This document shows positions 42,332 through 53,528 of a stretch of 64,000 bases of DNA, piece by piece (position 1 is the stretch's first letter; every line of letters starts with the position of its first letter). The notes under the pieces were generated by a model. That model had not been told where the DNA came from, ran no database searches, and saw only the letters and a program-made list of their open reading frames with translations. A program made the translations under genes and the position numbers. Origin of the DNA: Carpediemonas membranifera BICM. Its lineage: Eukaryota > Protista > Fornicata. The stretch is from the NCBI GenBank assembly GCA_019828565.1, contig JAHDYR010000015.1, forward strand, positions 780,986-844,985, written 5' to 3'.

Positions 42332-43405
42332 CTACACCTCCTTCACCTTGTAAACGCCCTCAGGATCGACCCCATGCTCCAACAACAACTTGCTAGCCAC
42401 CTCTCTGGCCTGTTGCCTGATCTTCTTCCTCTCGCCCTCCTCTATGAACGCCACCTCAAACCCGTAATCAGCGACCCTAGCGAGGTCTGCGAGAGTCAAC
42501 CCGCATTGCTCGTGGACCAGCATGTACTCGTGGGTCAGCGTGATGTTGGAGACAGTGCGGTTGTCGGTGCAGATCACCGTGGGGAGCCCGGCGTCGAGGT
42601 ACTGCCGGATGGGCCAGTCGGACATCGAAAGAACAGTCTTCGTCTGGAGATTGGAAGTGGGGCACATCTCTAGAGCCACGCGACGGCCCACAGCGAGTGT
42701 AACAAGGGTGGGATCTTCTCTCATCCGGACACCGTGCCCAATACGGTCGGCCCGACACTCGACGATAGAGTCACGAACGGACTCGGCACCGGCAGCCTCG
42801 CCAGAGTGTAGAGTCAGGCGCAGTTTAGGGTTTGAGTGAACGATTTCGATGGCAGTCGGGTGAGTCTGAGAAATAAGGCCCCGCTCCGAGCCGGCCATGT
42901 CAAATGCCACAACACCATGGTCAAGGTGTCTCAATGCTAGTCTAGCGAGCTCATCGACCTGGTCGGCCGTCATGTGCCTTAAACCGCACACTATAAATCT
43001 GCAGACAATGGAATACTGGGCCATGGCACGTTGGGCACCGGTCCAGACAGCGACCATGATTTCATCGAGGGCAAGGCCCTTGGCGACATGGAGGTAGGGC
43101 GAGAAACGGATCTCTGCGTAGGTGATGCCATCGTTGAAACAATCTTCAGCGAGTTCGAAGGAGATACGCTCAAGGGCTTCTGCTTCCTGCATGACAGTCA
43201 AGGGAACAGAGAAACGGGACAGATACTCATCGAGACTGTTGGTATTTTCATCCACATGCATCATTCGAGTGAGTTCTTCGAGATCGGTGGGCAGTTCAGC
43301 GTTCTGAGCCTTCGAGAGTTCCAAAACTGTTGTAGGACGAGCACTGCCATCGAGATGAAGGTGAATATCTGCTTTAGGGAGCTGCCGGACGAACGATTCA
43401 ATCAT
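42332..43405 (-). CDS. ADA: Adenosine deaminase
   Basis: LPKADIHLHLDGS; YAEIRFSP; FDMAGSE; TLHSGE; RIGHG; EMCPTSN; CTDN. Confidence 0.92.
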   Translation of the reverse strand: MIESFVRQLPKADIHLHLDGSARPTTVLELSKAQNAELPTDLEELTRMMHVDENTNSLDEYLSRFSVPLTVMQEAEALERISFELAEDCFNDGITYAEIRFSPYLHVAKGLALDEIMVAVWTGAQRAMAQYSIVCRFIVCGLRHMTADQVDELARLALRHLDHGVVAFDMAGSERGLISQTHPTAIEIVHSNPKLRLTLHSGEAAGAESVRDSIVECRADRIGHGVRMREDPTLVTLAVGRRVALEMCPTSNLQTKTVLSMSDWPIRQYLDAGLPTVICTDNRTVSNITLTHEYMLVHEQCGLTLADLARVADYGFEVAFIEEGERKKIRQQAREVASKLLLEHGVDPEGVYKVKEV

Positions 43406-43691
43406 TCCCGCGTTTGTTGTTACTTTGCCTGAATAAGTCAAGGGTGGTCAAACAATATCGTGACATGACAATCGATCTTGACCCGGCGAGCTGTGCGTGC
43501 CAAGAGCCTCTTCGCGGCCACCTCACCGTCACTGTTTGGTCCGACGTTACGAGTGTAGCGTCTGACGTGTCACCAGAACACTGTTACAAATCGCCCTGAC
43601 GAAGCCTGTTGACGATGGCACACACAAACAACATGCCATCCCCCATCACTACCCAGCCTGACAAGCTGACATTTACAATCTCGACTGGGCC

Positions 43692-45060
43692 TCATCCGAG
43701 CATGATGTCCCGCAGGTCTGGCCCGCCAACTGATCTGACCCCGCCGAAGCCCACTGCGCCGTATACTTCGCCGTCAAGCCGGCTAAACTGCTCTTCGCTG
43801 ACATCGTCCATCACCGTAATCTGCACTTGCTCTGGTTCGGCCATCTGCTTGATGCGGGACGACAACGCTGCTTGATCAGCACGCTCAATCGCACGAACCA
43901 AAGGATCCATGCACCCCGGGCTGCCAATAACTTCATCGCCGAACAGTGTGTACGCCGAAGACAGACCAGTGACAAAGGTATACGCTCCTGTTCTGACATG
44001 GAAGTCGACCTTGGCTGAATCAACCAGGGTGCGTGCAAGATCGGGGGCGACCGTCAGAGATTTGACTGCTGACCCAACTTGCTTGAGGAGATCATCAACC
44101 TTGGCGGTCGGAACTGCACAATAAATAGATATGAACCCGTTGTTAGCGTATGTCACATTATGGACTCTGAAGCCCAGCAGCAGCTCTCTAGCACCAGACA
44201 TGGTCGAGGGAAGCGAGAGCAGTGGCGAAAGAGCGCTGACGGCGCCGTACTCGGCATCCTGCGGGGGAACGCCTGCGAAGGTGATGGCGACGTGGCTTAC
44301 CGGCATGGGTGGGATCGGTGTTCCAGATTTCACGACTCGGGCGACTCTGCTTGATCCTGCGTGGAAATGAGCTGGTGAGACAACCCTCCTGGCCGAGCTC
44401 GGGGACGGCTGTTGGAAGGACGCCTCTGCCAACTCGCAGAGCTTGTCGTGGTCTACGTCGCCTGCTGCGAGGAGTGTGAGGGATCTGGGGTCGCAGTGGT
44501 TTTCACTGAAGCTGACGAGCTTGTCCCGAGTCATTCCTTGGATGTTTGCCTTCGGACCGAGAACAGTCATGCCTAAGGGATGGTCTGAGAATACATGGGC
44601 ATGGACAACGTCGTACAGGGTTTCTTCAGCGACAGAAGCGACGGACTCGCCCTCTGCGACAATGGTGCTGCGCTCATTCTCAACGAGGTTGGAGTCAAAG
44701 AGAGGGTGCTGGACGATGTCTGAGAGGATGCCTGTGACCTGCTCAGTGTCTCCAGGTAGGCAGCGCGCTGAGTACATCTGTGTGACTTTCAGGGAAAGAA
44801 CGAACAGTGTGATCGCGCGTCGTGTACGCATTCATGTGTGCTCCCATGTTCTCAACGGTTTCTACAAGCTGACTGTAGCTCTGGGTCGCCGTGCCCTTGA
44901 ACAGCATGTGCTCGATGAAGTGTGCGGTTCCATTCGTCTCCTGCGTCTCAAAGGATGAGCCACTCCGCAAGTGGACGCCAAGAGCTACAGTAGGCCAGTC
45001 CAGATGCTTGGTGATTACCTTAACGCCGTTGGAAAGAGCCGAAGAGCGGATGACGGACAT
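43692..45060 (-). CDS. M16 metallopeptidase, mitochondrial/hydrogenosomal processing peptidase beta-like (intron 44778-44805; alternative in-frame ATG at 45198)
   Basis: LSNGVKVIT..GSSFET..NGTAHFIEHMLFKGT (HxxEH), NAYTTRDHT|MY, ENERSTIVAE, HPLGMTVLGP. A 28-nt GT-AG intron restores the frame. Confidence 0.85.
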
Positions 45061-45347
45061 TCGTCGTGCTGTGCAGAATAGGGTCCAGGGCAATCGTGAG
45101 AGAGACGAGTGTGGGATGGCAGAAGTATGCTTCTGACAGCCTGTGTGGCCTGGGTGCGAGTCTTTAAGTACATGCCGGGCACTTGGTATCAGTCTCATCT
45201 TTCCTTTGCCGGGAGAAAACGGAGAATGCCCGGAGAAGGCACTAGCATAGGTTCAGAGACACAGTGGTAGACACACAGCTGGTTCCCAGCTTGAAATCGA
45301 ATTGTGCCATAACTTGCGAAATTCCGTTGAAGACGTCTTGAACGGAA

Positions 45348-46964
45348 ATGACCCGCAGTGCTGTACCATTCGACAGCATACGCAAGGCTGCAGAAGACGC
45401 ATTGGAGTCATGGATATCGAGTAGAAGCTACACTGATCAGCGAACAACGCAAAGCAAGCCAAGTGCTCGCCAGCAGCTCGACTATGTTCAACGTGCCTCT
45501 GAATACATGCCTGCTGGTGCATCTCGCAAGGAACAAGCCGCTTCTTCCCAGCTCAAGCCTATTCTCAAACATTCTACGGCGGCGTTATCGTCGGTAAGCC
45601 AGACTATCAAGGCGCAAATGCAAGCTGAGCTACACTCAGAGCTCCCCCGCACTGTTGTATCACCCAACAGCCAGTCTATTGTCGCTAACATGCGTAATGA
45701 CCGCGTTGTGGAGTGGGCCGACACAATCAGCCACGGTTCGATGGTTATCGACCTCGAAGACCTCAACGACACGCTCAGCCCGCTCCCTCAAGAGCAGAGG
45801 GAGTTCATCCGGCCCCTAATGGAGAACTACGTCATCCACACCGGCAATTCCTTCATCCAGCGCATCCAGTTCATCGCCATTGTAACCAAAGCCCTTGCCA
45901 CACCTGTAGCCGGCCCAACCACAGCCGTGATAAGGAAGGCCCGCCCCATTGGCCAGACCCCCACTGTCTCCCGTCCTCTCAGCGCCCCCCGCTCCCGTCC
46001 TCTCTCCATAGGGGGATCAGGGCAGCTGCAGCCGCACTCTCTCAGATCAGTGTCTGTTGGAAGGAAGAGACCTGATGCAGAGGAGCAGGCAGGGTCTAGG
46101 CAGACCAATGGAAGTAGCAAGGTCGTGTCGAAGACTCATATGGAAAGTCTCACTGCAAGGTTGGCGAAAGAACCTTCCCTACCAGTGAAGAAGAAGCAAA
46201 AACTCGTCAAGGAGGCCGAGGAGCGGGCTATGGAGCAGTGTACCTTTGTACCCAACGTACAGCAGGTCGGCAAGGTCTCTCTCTCAAGGACAGCAGACCG
46301 CCTCTTCAGGTCTAACACAGTCGCCAGTCTCCTAAGGGCATCGTCACCCGGCGGCACGAGGTCCCGACGTAACTCGGTGGAGTCGACTCTCAGTAACTCG
46401 CAGACGATACCTAGGTCTGACAGAAGGCTGCTCAACATTGATGGGGAGGCCGCAGCTCTGGAGGTTCCGTCACCCCCGCCCAAGGCACCCCAGGAGCCGA
46501 CAATAGGGGACATTGTTGGTAGAGGCAGGCGTCGTCGAGAGCCGTTGCTCAGTTCAGAGGAAAGAGAGGTGCTAAAGTGCACGTTTAAGCCAAAGATGGA
46601 GACGAACAATGTGCCCGGCCGTAGTCTGGTTGCAGCCAGGGTTTCACACATGCGAGCACACGCCGAGGATGTTGCCAACACAACTCGACTGAAGAACAAG
46701 CTCGACGACGGAGCTCGGCGGACAAGACGCGAGGAGATCCTCAAGCCTGCGAGCTCGCCGTACAGTGCCAAGCCGACCATCCAGCCGGCCATGGGATATG
46801 CCCGGCGTGCAGCCATGAAGAAGGCCCTCGAGCGTGAGTCGAGTCGCACTGCTACCGGCTTTGCTGGCCTGTGGCGCGGCGTGGAGCTTGGGGATGATGA
46901 GGAGAGCGAGGACCCGGTGGGGTTCGGGGTCACTGCGAGTATGAGCGATCCCAGCTGGCGGTGA
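45348..46964 (+). CDS. Hypothetical basic, low-complexity protein with two CTFxP motifs
   Basis: 538-aa ORF with ATG; CTFVPNV and CTFKPKM motifs; no family recognised. Confidence 0.65.
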   Translation: MTRSAVPFDSIRKAAEDALESWISSRSYTDQRTTQSKPSARQQLDYVQRASEYMPAGASRKEQAASSQLKPILKHSTAALSSVSQTIKAQMQAELHSELPRTVVSPNSQSIVANMRNDRVVEWADTISHGSMVIDLEDLNDTLSPLPQEQREFIRPLMENYVIHTGNSFIQRIQFIAIVTKALATPVAGPTTAVIRKARPIGQTPTVSRPLSAPRSRPLSIGGSGQLQPHSLRSVSVGRKRPDAEEQAGSRQTNGSSKVVSKTHMESLTARLAKEPSLPVKKKQKLVKEAEERAMEQCTFVPNVQQVGKVSLSRTADRLFRSNTVASLLRASSPGGTRSRRNSVESTLSNSQTIPRSDRRLLNIDGEAAALEVPSPPPKAPQEPTIGDIVGRGRRRREPLLSSEEREVLKCTFKPKMETNNVPGRSLVAARVSHMRAHAEDVANTTRLKNKLDDGARRTRREEILKPASSPYSAKPTIQPAMGYARRAAMKKALERESSRTATGFAGLWRGVELGDDEESEDPVGFGVTASMSDPSWR

Positions 46965-47168
46965 GGCCAGCAGTGATGTATTCTAGCACAGCGATTCATA
47001 AACATCTTTTGTGGTGACGATTGCTGGCGCATCTGATGATGCGAGTCGAGGTGGGCTTGTAGTAATAGGCCGTGGAGGCAAGTAAGAACATGAAGGTCTT
47101 CTGTTGGCTCAGAAAGCGTTGCTTAGATGCCAGGTTGGGGTCTGCATGAAAAAAGTCGAAAACCCGCA

Positions 47169-47930
47169 ATGAGCATCGAAACCGTGTTTCTGGGCATTCC
47201 AGCCATCTATGGCATAGTGGATCAGCATTACCGGAAAGAGAAGGACGAGTCGTCATGCTATGGCCTCCTCTTCGGTGGTCTGAAGGGCTGCAACATCCTT
47301 GCCCATAGTTCCTTCGGCATGCTTGTCGAGAAGGACCAAGGAGGTGTCATTATGCCCAGGAGGGACATTTTCGAGAAGGTTATCAAGCTTAAGCAGTTCG
47401 AGGACATCTCCTCCAAATTCATCGGCTTCTTTACCACGGGCGAATTCCTGTCTGCTAAGGCTGTCAAGCGTATTCACAAGCAGAAGAACATCACCACGAT
47501 GGTTCAGGTGAAGGTAGACATGGATGCCTTCGAGCGCGGTGAGCTGTCGCTCTCTGGGCAAGTTAGCGCAGCCATCCCCAAGGAAGAGTCTGAGGCTTAC
47601 GATTTCATCGTTTCTGATGTCACCGTCGAGATCTCCTCTAGCGAAACCGACCGCGTGGTCCTTGGCGCCATCGGGATGGCCATGGATTCTGAGGACGGCT
47701 ACACTCTTGGTTCTCCTGCGGAAACCATCGCCACTTCCCAGTCTCACGCCAAGGCCCAGGCTGCTGCTATGAAGGCGTACGTGGACGAGGTTATCAGCGG
47801 GAAGCGTGAGGCCACTATGGAGGTTGCCAACGCCATTCTCGCGTTCACCCAGGCTCGCGGCAGCAAGGCGACGCTCATGGACCCCGCGCTGAAGGATGTT
47901 CTGGAGCAGATGAGGGTGGTTGGTCATTAA
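47169..47930 (+). CDS. MPN (Mov34) domain protein, inactive type, eIF3f-like
   Basis: IYGIVDQHYRK..CYGLLFG..FIGFFTTG; C-terminal YVDEVISGK. No JAMM HxH motif. Confidence 0.6.
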   Translation: MSIETVFLGIPAIYGIVDQHYRKEKDESSCYGLLFGGLKGCNILAHSSFGMLVEKDQGGVIMPRRDIFEKVIKLKQFEDISSKFIGFFTTGEFLSAKAVKRIHKQKNITTMVQVKVDMDAFERGELSLSGQVSAAIPKEESEAYDFIVSDVTVEISSSETDRVVLGAIGMAMDSEDGYTLGSPAETIATSQSHAKAQAAAMKAYVDEVISGKREATMEVANAILAFTQARGSKATLMDPALKDVLEQMRVVGH

Positions 47931-48141
47931 ATATCCGGACTAGTCAGTGTGTTGTGTTTGTTGCCCCTTGGCTAATGAATGGGCGGCAGATCGGTATCAA
48001 TAAAACACGATGGAAAATCAAGCCGGCCGATGAGCGGCACAGAGTGTCACCTACCGTGTCAACCCGCGGTTGCCTTTGGATCGCGGCCTTGACTCAGTGA
48101 GACTCCTTGGGTGAGTCGGATTGCTCGAGGCATTGCGAGCG

Positions 48142-50457
48142 ATGAAAGTAATCGTCGCCCTCTTGTTGCTCTCAGCAGCGCTTTGTGTTAGGATGACGCC
48201 TACACAAGCGCACATTGACTCATACGTGCGTGTTGGCGATGTCAGCGAGCACCACGTCGTGAACGTCTCTTTCGCTCTTAAGCCCACTGACTACGCTGTC
48301 CAGCGCCTTGACCAGGAGCTTGTCAAGCGCAGTGACCCATCATCTCCCCTCTACGGCCACTGGATGTCCGATGCGGACATCACCACCATCACTTCTTCCC
48401 CCCACCTCAAGCCCGTCATGAACTGGGCAAAGAAGACCTTCCCCACAGCCACTGTAACCTCTGGCGCCATGCGCGATGTCGTCCACGTTCGCACCACTGT
48501 CGGTGAGATCAACAAGGGTCTTTCTACCACCTTTGGCGCCTACCTCGGCGGCGAGCGCACTCAGTGGGCCGTTGGCGAATACCACATGCCCGAGGACATC
48601 GCCGCACACGTCCAGACTGTCGCTGGTCTGCACCACCTGCCCCCGGTGAAGGCTGTCATCGCCCAGGCCGCCTCTAACGACGCCAGCCCCACCGTCACTG
48701 GCTGGAACGCTGGTGGTGGCCGTGCCCAGCTGGTGTTCAAGCCCGTATGCACCACTGGCACGCCCACGGTGACCGGGACGACCCTAACCTGCACTGCGGC
48801 CGCTGCGAAGTCAGTCACCATCACACTCACCGCCCAGAAGGCTGCGGCAGTCGACACGGTCACTCCCGCCAACATCGAGGCTACCGTGCCCATCTCCGAC
48901 GTCCAGTGCTACTCCTCCGCCGCCACTGTCGCCTGCATGGCCCCCGTCCCCGCTGTCATCCCCGAATACGTCCGCTACACACCCTCCCTCGTTATCCACT
49001 ACGTCGGCGGAGTTGACTCTGACGAGTCGACCTGCTCCCTGCACGAGCCGCTCGTATCCTCTCCATGGACGCTGCCGCACACTCTCAAGAAGGCGTACTC
49101 CGTGCCTGCTGGCCTCAAGGTCACCACGGCCGCCACACAGGCCATCGTCGGGTTCTTCGATCAATTCTTCAATCAAACTGCTCTTACAGAGTTCCTTCAG
49201 TGGAACGGCCTCAAGGACAACGTTCTCACCGTCCACGGCGCCATCCAGCAGTCCAACCCCGGCGGCGAGGCCTCCCTCGACGTCCAGTATATCACTGGCA
49301 TCGCTACTCAAGCAGAGACTCATTTCTACTCGATTTCGAGTCTTTATCAGTCAAACGAAGATTTCATGAGCTGGCTTCTAATGCTGGCCGAAGACAAGAA
49401 GCGGCCTCTCGTGCACTCCATCTCCTACGAGGACGAGGAGGGTAAGATGGACGCTGCTTGGCGCGATAAGGTCAACTACGAGTTCAAGAAGCTCACCTTG
49501 GCCGGCACCACCTTTGTCGGCGGATCAGGTGACGACGGCGCTGCCAATTTCGGTATCCGCACCGCCGGCACAGCCCAGTGCTCCAAGTTCGAACCCGGCT
49601 TCCCCTGCTCATCACCATACGTTCTTTGCGTCTCAGCCACCCAGCTCGACGTCGACGACCGCGGCGTCTTCCAGCACAAGAAGGACGCCCTTCCTTTCAG
49701 ACCCGGCCACGGCAAGTTTGACGGCGTAGGCAGTGATGTTGAGGTCGCCTGCAGCTCTGACCGTGGTGCCAGAATCACCACCGGTGGCGGCTTCAGCGGC
49801 GCCTTTGAGCGCCCTTCATACCAAGACAGCGAAGTCCGTGGCTACTTGTCCACCGCCACTCTGCCCACCATCGGCCAGTGGAACAAGGCCGGCAGAGGGT
49901 ACCCTGACGTGTCTACTATCGGCCACAACTACCTCATCAACATGCCTGATACTCCTTTCACTCCCAAGGGGCTCGAGCTTCTTGTTGTGGACGGTACCTC
50001 GGCCTCGACCCCCGTCATGGCTGGTCTAGTCACTCTCTTGAACGACGCCCGACTCCGTCACGGCTTGTCCTCCATGGGATTCATTAACCCCTGGCTGTAC
50101 GAGACCTCCCGGACCCACCCAGAGTGCTTCGTCGACATTGTCACTGGCAACAACCGTTGTGGATCTATGGGCTCGGCCTGCTGTCCTCAAGGCTTCGAGG
50201 CTGCCCCTGGATGGGATAGCGTTACCGGTCTTGGCACACCCGTCTGGGAATGTCTTCGTGACGTTGCTATTGGTTCGCCAGAGTCGACCTCAACGACGGA
50301 GTTCCCTCTCATGTGGCGCATTGTGTTCGCATTCACCCTTGTTGCTGTCATCGGTGTGATGCTGTGCAATGCTGTGATTGGTACCAGGGTGGTTCTTATG
50401 GGAAGAAAGGGCGCTCGTGGTGCCCGGGACAACATGGAGGCTCCCCTGCTGGGTTAA
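48142..50457 (+). CDS. Sedolisin (S53)/tripeptidyl-peptidase I-like protease with signal peptide, prodomain and C-terminal TM helix
   Basis: Signal MKVIVALLLLSAALC; prodomain SDPSSPLYGHW; catalytic EASLD, SGDDG, GRGYPDVS, DGTSASTP; Ca-site D..TGNN..GWDSVTGLG; TM IVFAFTLVAVIGVMLCNAVI. Confidence 0.92.
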   Translation: MKVIVALLLLSAALCVRMTPTQAHIDSYVRVGDVSEHHVVNVSFALKPTDYAVQRLDQELVKRSDPSSPLYGHWMSDADITTITSSPHLKPVMNWAKKTFPTATVTSGAMRDVVHVRTTVGEINKGLSTTFGAYLGGERTQWAVGEYHMPEDIAAHVQTVAGLHHLPPVKAVIAQAASNDASPTVTGWNAGGGRAQLVFKPVCTTGTPTVTGTTLTCTAAAAKSVTITLTAQKAAAVDTVTPANIEATVPISDVQCYSSAATVACMAPVPAVIPEYVRYTPSLVIHYVGGVDSDESTCSLHEPLVSSPWTLPHTLKKAYSVPAGLKVTTAATQAIVGFFDQFFNQTALTEFLQWNGLKDNVLTVHGAIQQSNPGGEASLDVQYITGIATQAETHFYSISSLYQSNEDFMSWLLMLAEDKKRPLVHSISYEDEEGKMDAAWRDKVNYEFKKLTLAGTTFVGGSGDDGAANFGIRTAGTAQCSKFEPGFPCSSPYVLCVSATQLDVDDRGVFQHKKDALPFRPGHGKFDGVGSDVEVACSSDRGARITTGGGFSGAFERPSYQDSEVRGYLSTATLPTIGQWNKAGRGYPDVSTIGHNYLINMPDTPFTPKGLELLVVDGTSASTPVMAGLVTLLNDARLRHGLSSMGFINPWLYETSRTHPECFVDIVTGNNRCGSMGSACCPQGFEAAPGWDSVTGLGTPVWECLRDVAIGSPESTSTTEFPLMWRIVFAFTLVAVIGVMLCNAVIGTRVVLMGRKGARGARDNMEAPLLG

Positions 50458-50731
50458 GTAAATACGCATAAGGAGGGTTCGTTGGTGGTGGTGGTGAGTC
50501 ATGATGGCATGCTGATGCGTCGGAAGGCACGCTGCGTGTTGTTTGCTGTTTGGTTGAGGATGGGCACTTTAAAGTCTTGCCGACATATTTTTATTGCGGC
50601 TGCCGTGTATAAACTGTACAAAAGGCATGCGGCTCCTCGATGCATGGTCGAGCAGGCCTTAGGGAACCAGCTCTCGCGCAGATCCCAAAATTCGCATTTT
50701 AGGTCCGAAAATTCGACTCTCAGCGACAACC

Positions 50732-51724
50732 ATGGCCCCGTCCGGCATTGAGAGGTATCAGAAGCTTGAAAAGCTCGGAGAAGGTACATATGGTGTAGTC
50801 CATAAGGCGAGAGACCTTGATAGCGGCAAGGTCGTCGCGCTCAAGAAGATCCGCCTCGAACACGGTGATGAAGGCGTTCCTGGCACAGCTATTCGCGAAG
50901 TATCGCTCCTTAAGGAGTTGCAGCACTCTACAATTGTCCAGCTTATCGATGCTGTCACTCAGGACGCCCGTCTCTGGCTCGTCATGGAGTTTGTCCCTCA
51001 TTTCAAGCTAACACAGGTTCTGCGACTCCGACCTCAAGCGCTTCACAGACGACACTCCTAACGGCATCAAGGGCACTCTTCTGAAGCGCATGGCCTACCA
51101 GATGGTCTACGGTCTCTACTTCTGCCACTGCCGCCGCGTCATCCACCGCGACCTCAAGCCCCAAAACCTCCTCATTGACTCTAACCGCAACCTGAAGCTT
51201 GCTGACTTCGGTCTTGCACGTGCGTTCGGCGTGCCTGTGCGGCAGTACACACACGAGATCGTCACCCTCTGGTATCGCGCCCCCGAGATCCTGCTCGGGT
51301 CCAAGCACTACTCTACGCCCGTAGACATGTGGTCAGTCGGCACCATTCGTTTGTCTCATCCCCTCAACCCGCAGTTTACCCAGTCGCTGAGATGATCACC
51401 AAGAAGGCCCTCTTCCCTGGCATCTCCGAGATTGACGAGCTCTTCAAGATCTTCCAGGTTCTCGGTACTCCCACCGAGGCCGAGTGGCCTGGCGTGACCA
51501 AGCTGCCCGACTACAAGCCAACCCTGCCCAAGTTCAGGCCGCAGGGCCTCGAGTCCGTCCTCCCTGGGGCCGACCCCCAAGCCATTGATCTGATCAGGAA
51601 GATGCTGGCATACGACCCTTCGCAGAGAATCGACGCGAAGACTGCACTGGCCCATCCCTTCTTTGACGAGGTCAGGACGGAGATGGAGAAGGAGTGTGGG
51701 GGGCTAATGTCGACCAGCTACTAA
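50732..51724 (+). CDS. CDK: Cyclin-dependent kinase, cdc2/CDK1-2-like, 309 aa (introns 50989-51016, 51349-51383)
   Basis: [18 protein letters not shown] (PSTAIRE variant), [46 protein letters not shown]. Introns of 28 and 35 nt give an intact frame. Confidence 0.93.
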
Positions 51725-51893
51725 TAAGAAGAGCTGGTGATGAATTGTATAGTTGTTGTTGTTATTGGGGGGTAGGTGGCGTTGGTTGTTGAGAAGGTTG
51801 GGAACACTCTCATACAGACACCAAACCACACCCACTCCATTTACTATAACGATAAACGGTACTATTTTACAACCCTGCCTCCAACCGCTCCGC

Positions 51894-53417
51894 TCAGACC
51901 AGGTCAGCCAGCGCCACTCTGCTCTCAGCAGCGCCATACAAGGCTGCCCGCTGCTGAGCATGCTGCTTCTTTGCTTTCCTACTAAGATACTCGCTCTTCG
52001 CGACGTTAAACAGATACTTGATCTTGTTGAAATCAGCATGACTCAGCGACCACCGGGTGATTAAATTTGTGGTCAGAGTGTCAATGTCATCGCCTTCGTG
52101 GACTGTGACATGATCTTCTCTATTCTGCGGTCCTAGATTCGTGAATATCACCTCGTACAACTCCTTACGGTCAGCTCGGCCTTGTGTCGCGAGAACAGGC
52201 GCCTTTGAGTTCTTCAACCTCTCTTGCAGCTTCTGCTTGCGCTGCTCAGTGCGCCATATCTGCTTCTGCTTGAAATGCTGGTCCAGGCTAGCTTGGACGA
52301 AGTGTGTCATGGCCTCTAAGTGCTTGGGAGTGAGGCCGTACATACGCTGGATTTCGGCCGCCACGTCAAAGGCGCAGTCGCTCTCGTTGACCACTTGATG
52401 GTGCTTGCGGCCGTCAGGGAGGTTGATATCGACCACGAAGCTTGTGACTTCGGATGCCATCATCGGCTGACCCCGCTGTTCCACTGACTCGGCGACTGCA
52501 AGCTTCTGCCGCACCTGCTGCGGCGTTCGGGCAGCAGGGATAGACGAAGCAGTATGCGACCTGGCTCTTGTCGCGGGCTTGGACCCGGCGGGTGTGAGGT
52601 CGACTCTCACGGCAGCGGGCTCATGACTCTGGCCCTGGCCTGTTGCTAGGGTAGAGATAAGCTTCTCAGCCCTATTCCTACCAGACACAGGCACTGTTGG
52701 GGGTGGTGTGTACGTCTGCGGTGTTTCAGGACGCCTCCAAGTCGACCGGGTGGGCGCTACGGCCGCTAGCTTGGCTGAAATGTCGGCTGCACCGCGGAGA
52801 GCGTATCTGATGTTGTCTATGGTGGCGTCGACCTCTGAGTCCCGATCAATTGTGGAGAAGTACCTCCGTTCCTCAATTGATCCGATCTCGAGCTCCCGGA
52901 TCTGGCTGTGTTTGGCGAATAGTTGGTCTCTCACCCCCCTCAACAACTCCCTACGCTTGGCGTTGATCTCCCTGTCCATCACGTCCCACGCGTACAAGGT
53001 TACGATGAGATTGGGGTGGAGTGAACGCGAGGCCTTCAACCGTTCTTCCTGAATCCGCTCGCGGTTCTTGGACGAGGAGAAGATGGCATTGCCGATGCTG
53101 GTCAGGCGGTGGACGCTGTTGTCAGTGGATATGCCGTCGTGGGCGACATAATCGATGAATATGAAGTTTGTGTACGAATTGGTGTCCAACGAGTATAGAT
53201 CGTCGCTATCGGCCACATTCACAATGTCCATCTCTACAGTATACTTCCTGTTGATGTCCTTGTCGTCAACGAACTCGAAGGCCATCTTCATGCCTTGTTC
53301 TGTATCCTCCTCGGTTGGACGCCAGCCAAGCTTATCAAACCGACGTCTGAAGCGTGGAACGCCATATTTTCTGAACTGGTCGCTATAATCAGTCACAAGC
53401 ACACGCAGTGGTTGCAT
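51894..53417 (-). CDS. Hypothetical protein
   Basis: 507-aa ORF starting with ATG; no family recognised. Confidence 0.7.
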   Translation of the reverse strand: MQPLRVLVTDYSDQFRKYGVPRFRRRFDKLGWRPTEEDTEQGMKMAFEFVDDKDINRKYTVEMDIVNVADSDDLYSLDTNSYTNFIFIDYVAHDGISTDNSVHRLTSIGNAIFSSSKNRERIQEERLKASRSLHPNLIVTLYAWDVMDREINAKRRELLRGVRDQLFAKHSQIRELEIGSIEERRYFSTIDRDSEVDATIDNIRYALRGAADISAKLAAVAPTRSTWRRPETPQTYTPPPTVPVSGRNRAEKLISTLATGQGQSHEPAAVRVDLTPAGSKPATRARSHTASSIPAARTPQQVRQKLAVAESVEQRGQPMMASEVTSFVVDINLPDGRKHHQVVNESDCAFDVAAEIQRMYGLTPKHLEAMTHFVQASLDQHFKQKQIWRTEQRKQKLQERLKNSKAPVLATQGRADRKELYEVIFTNLGPQNREDHVTVHEGDDIDTLTTNLITRWSLSHADFNKIKYLFNVAKSEYLSRKAKKQHAQQRAALYGAAESRVALADLV

Positions 53418-53528
53418 TATGACCGAGATTGGATTGGTCCGTTTCCAAAGTGCTCGAAAAATGACCTAATCATTTCCCCAAAGGCAAAAACTGCCTACAT
53501 AGACAACGTTTAACAAGTATATCAACAC

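Noticed and set aside
50457-50463. AGTAAAY Giardia-like polyadenylation signal (also 57761-57767; GGTAAAT after CWP stops)
   Set aside because: Present after only some genes and too short to support without 3'-end data.
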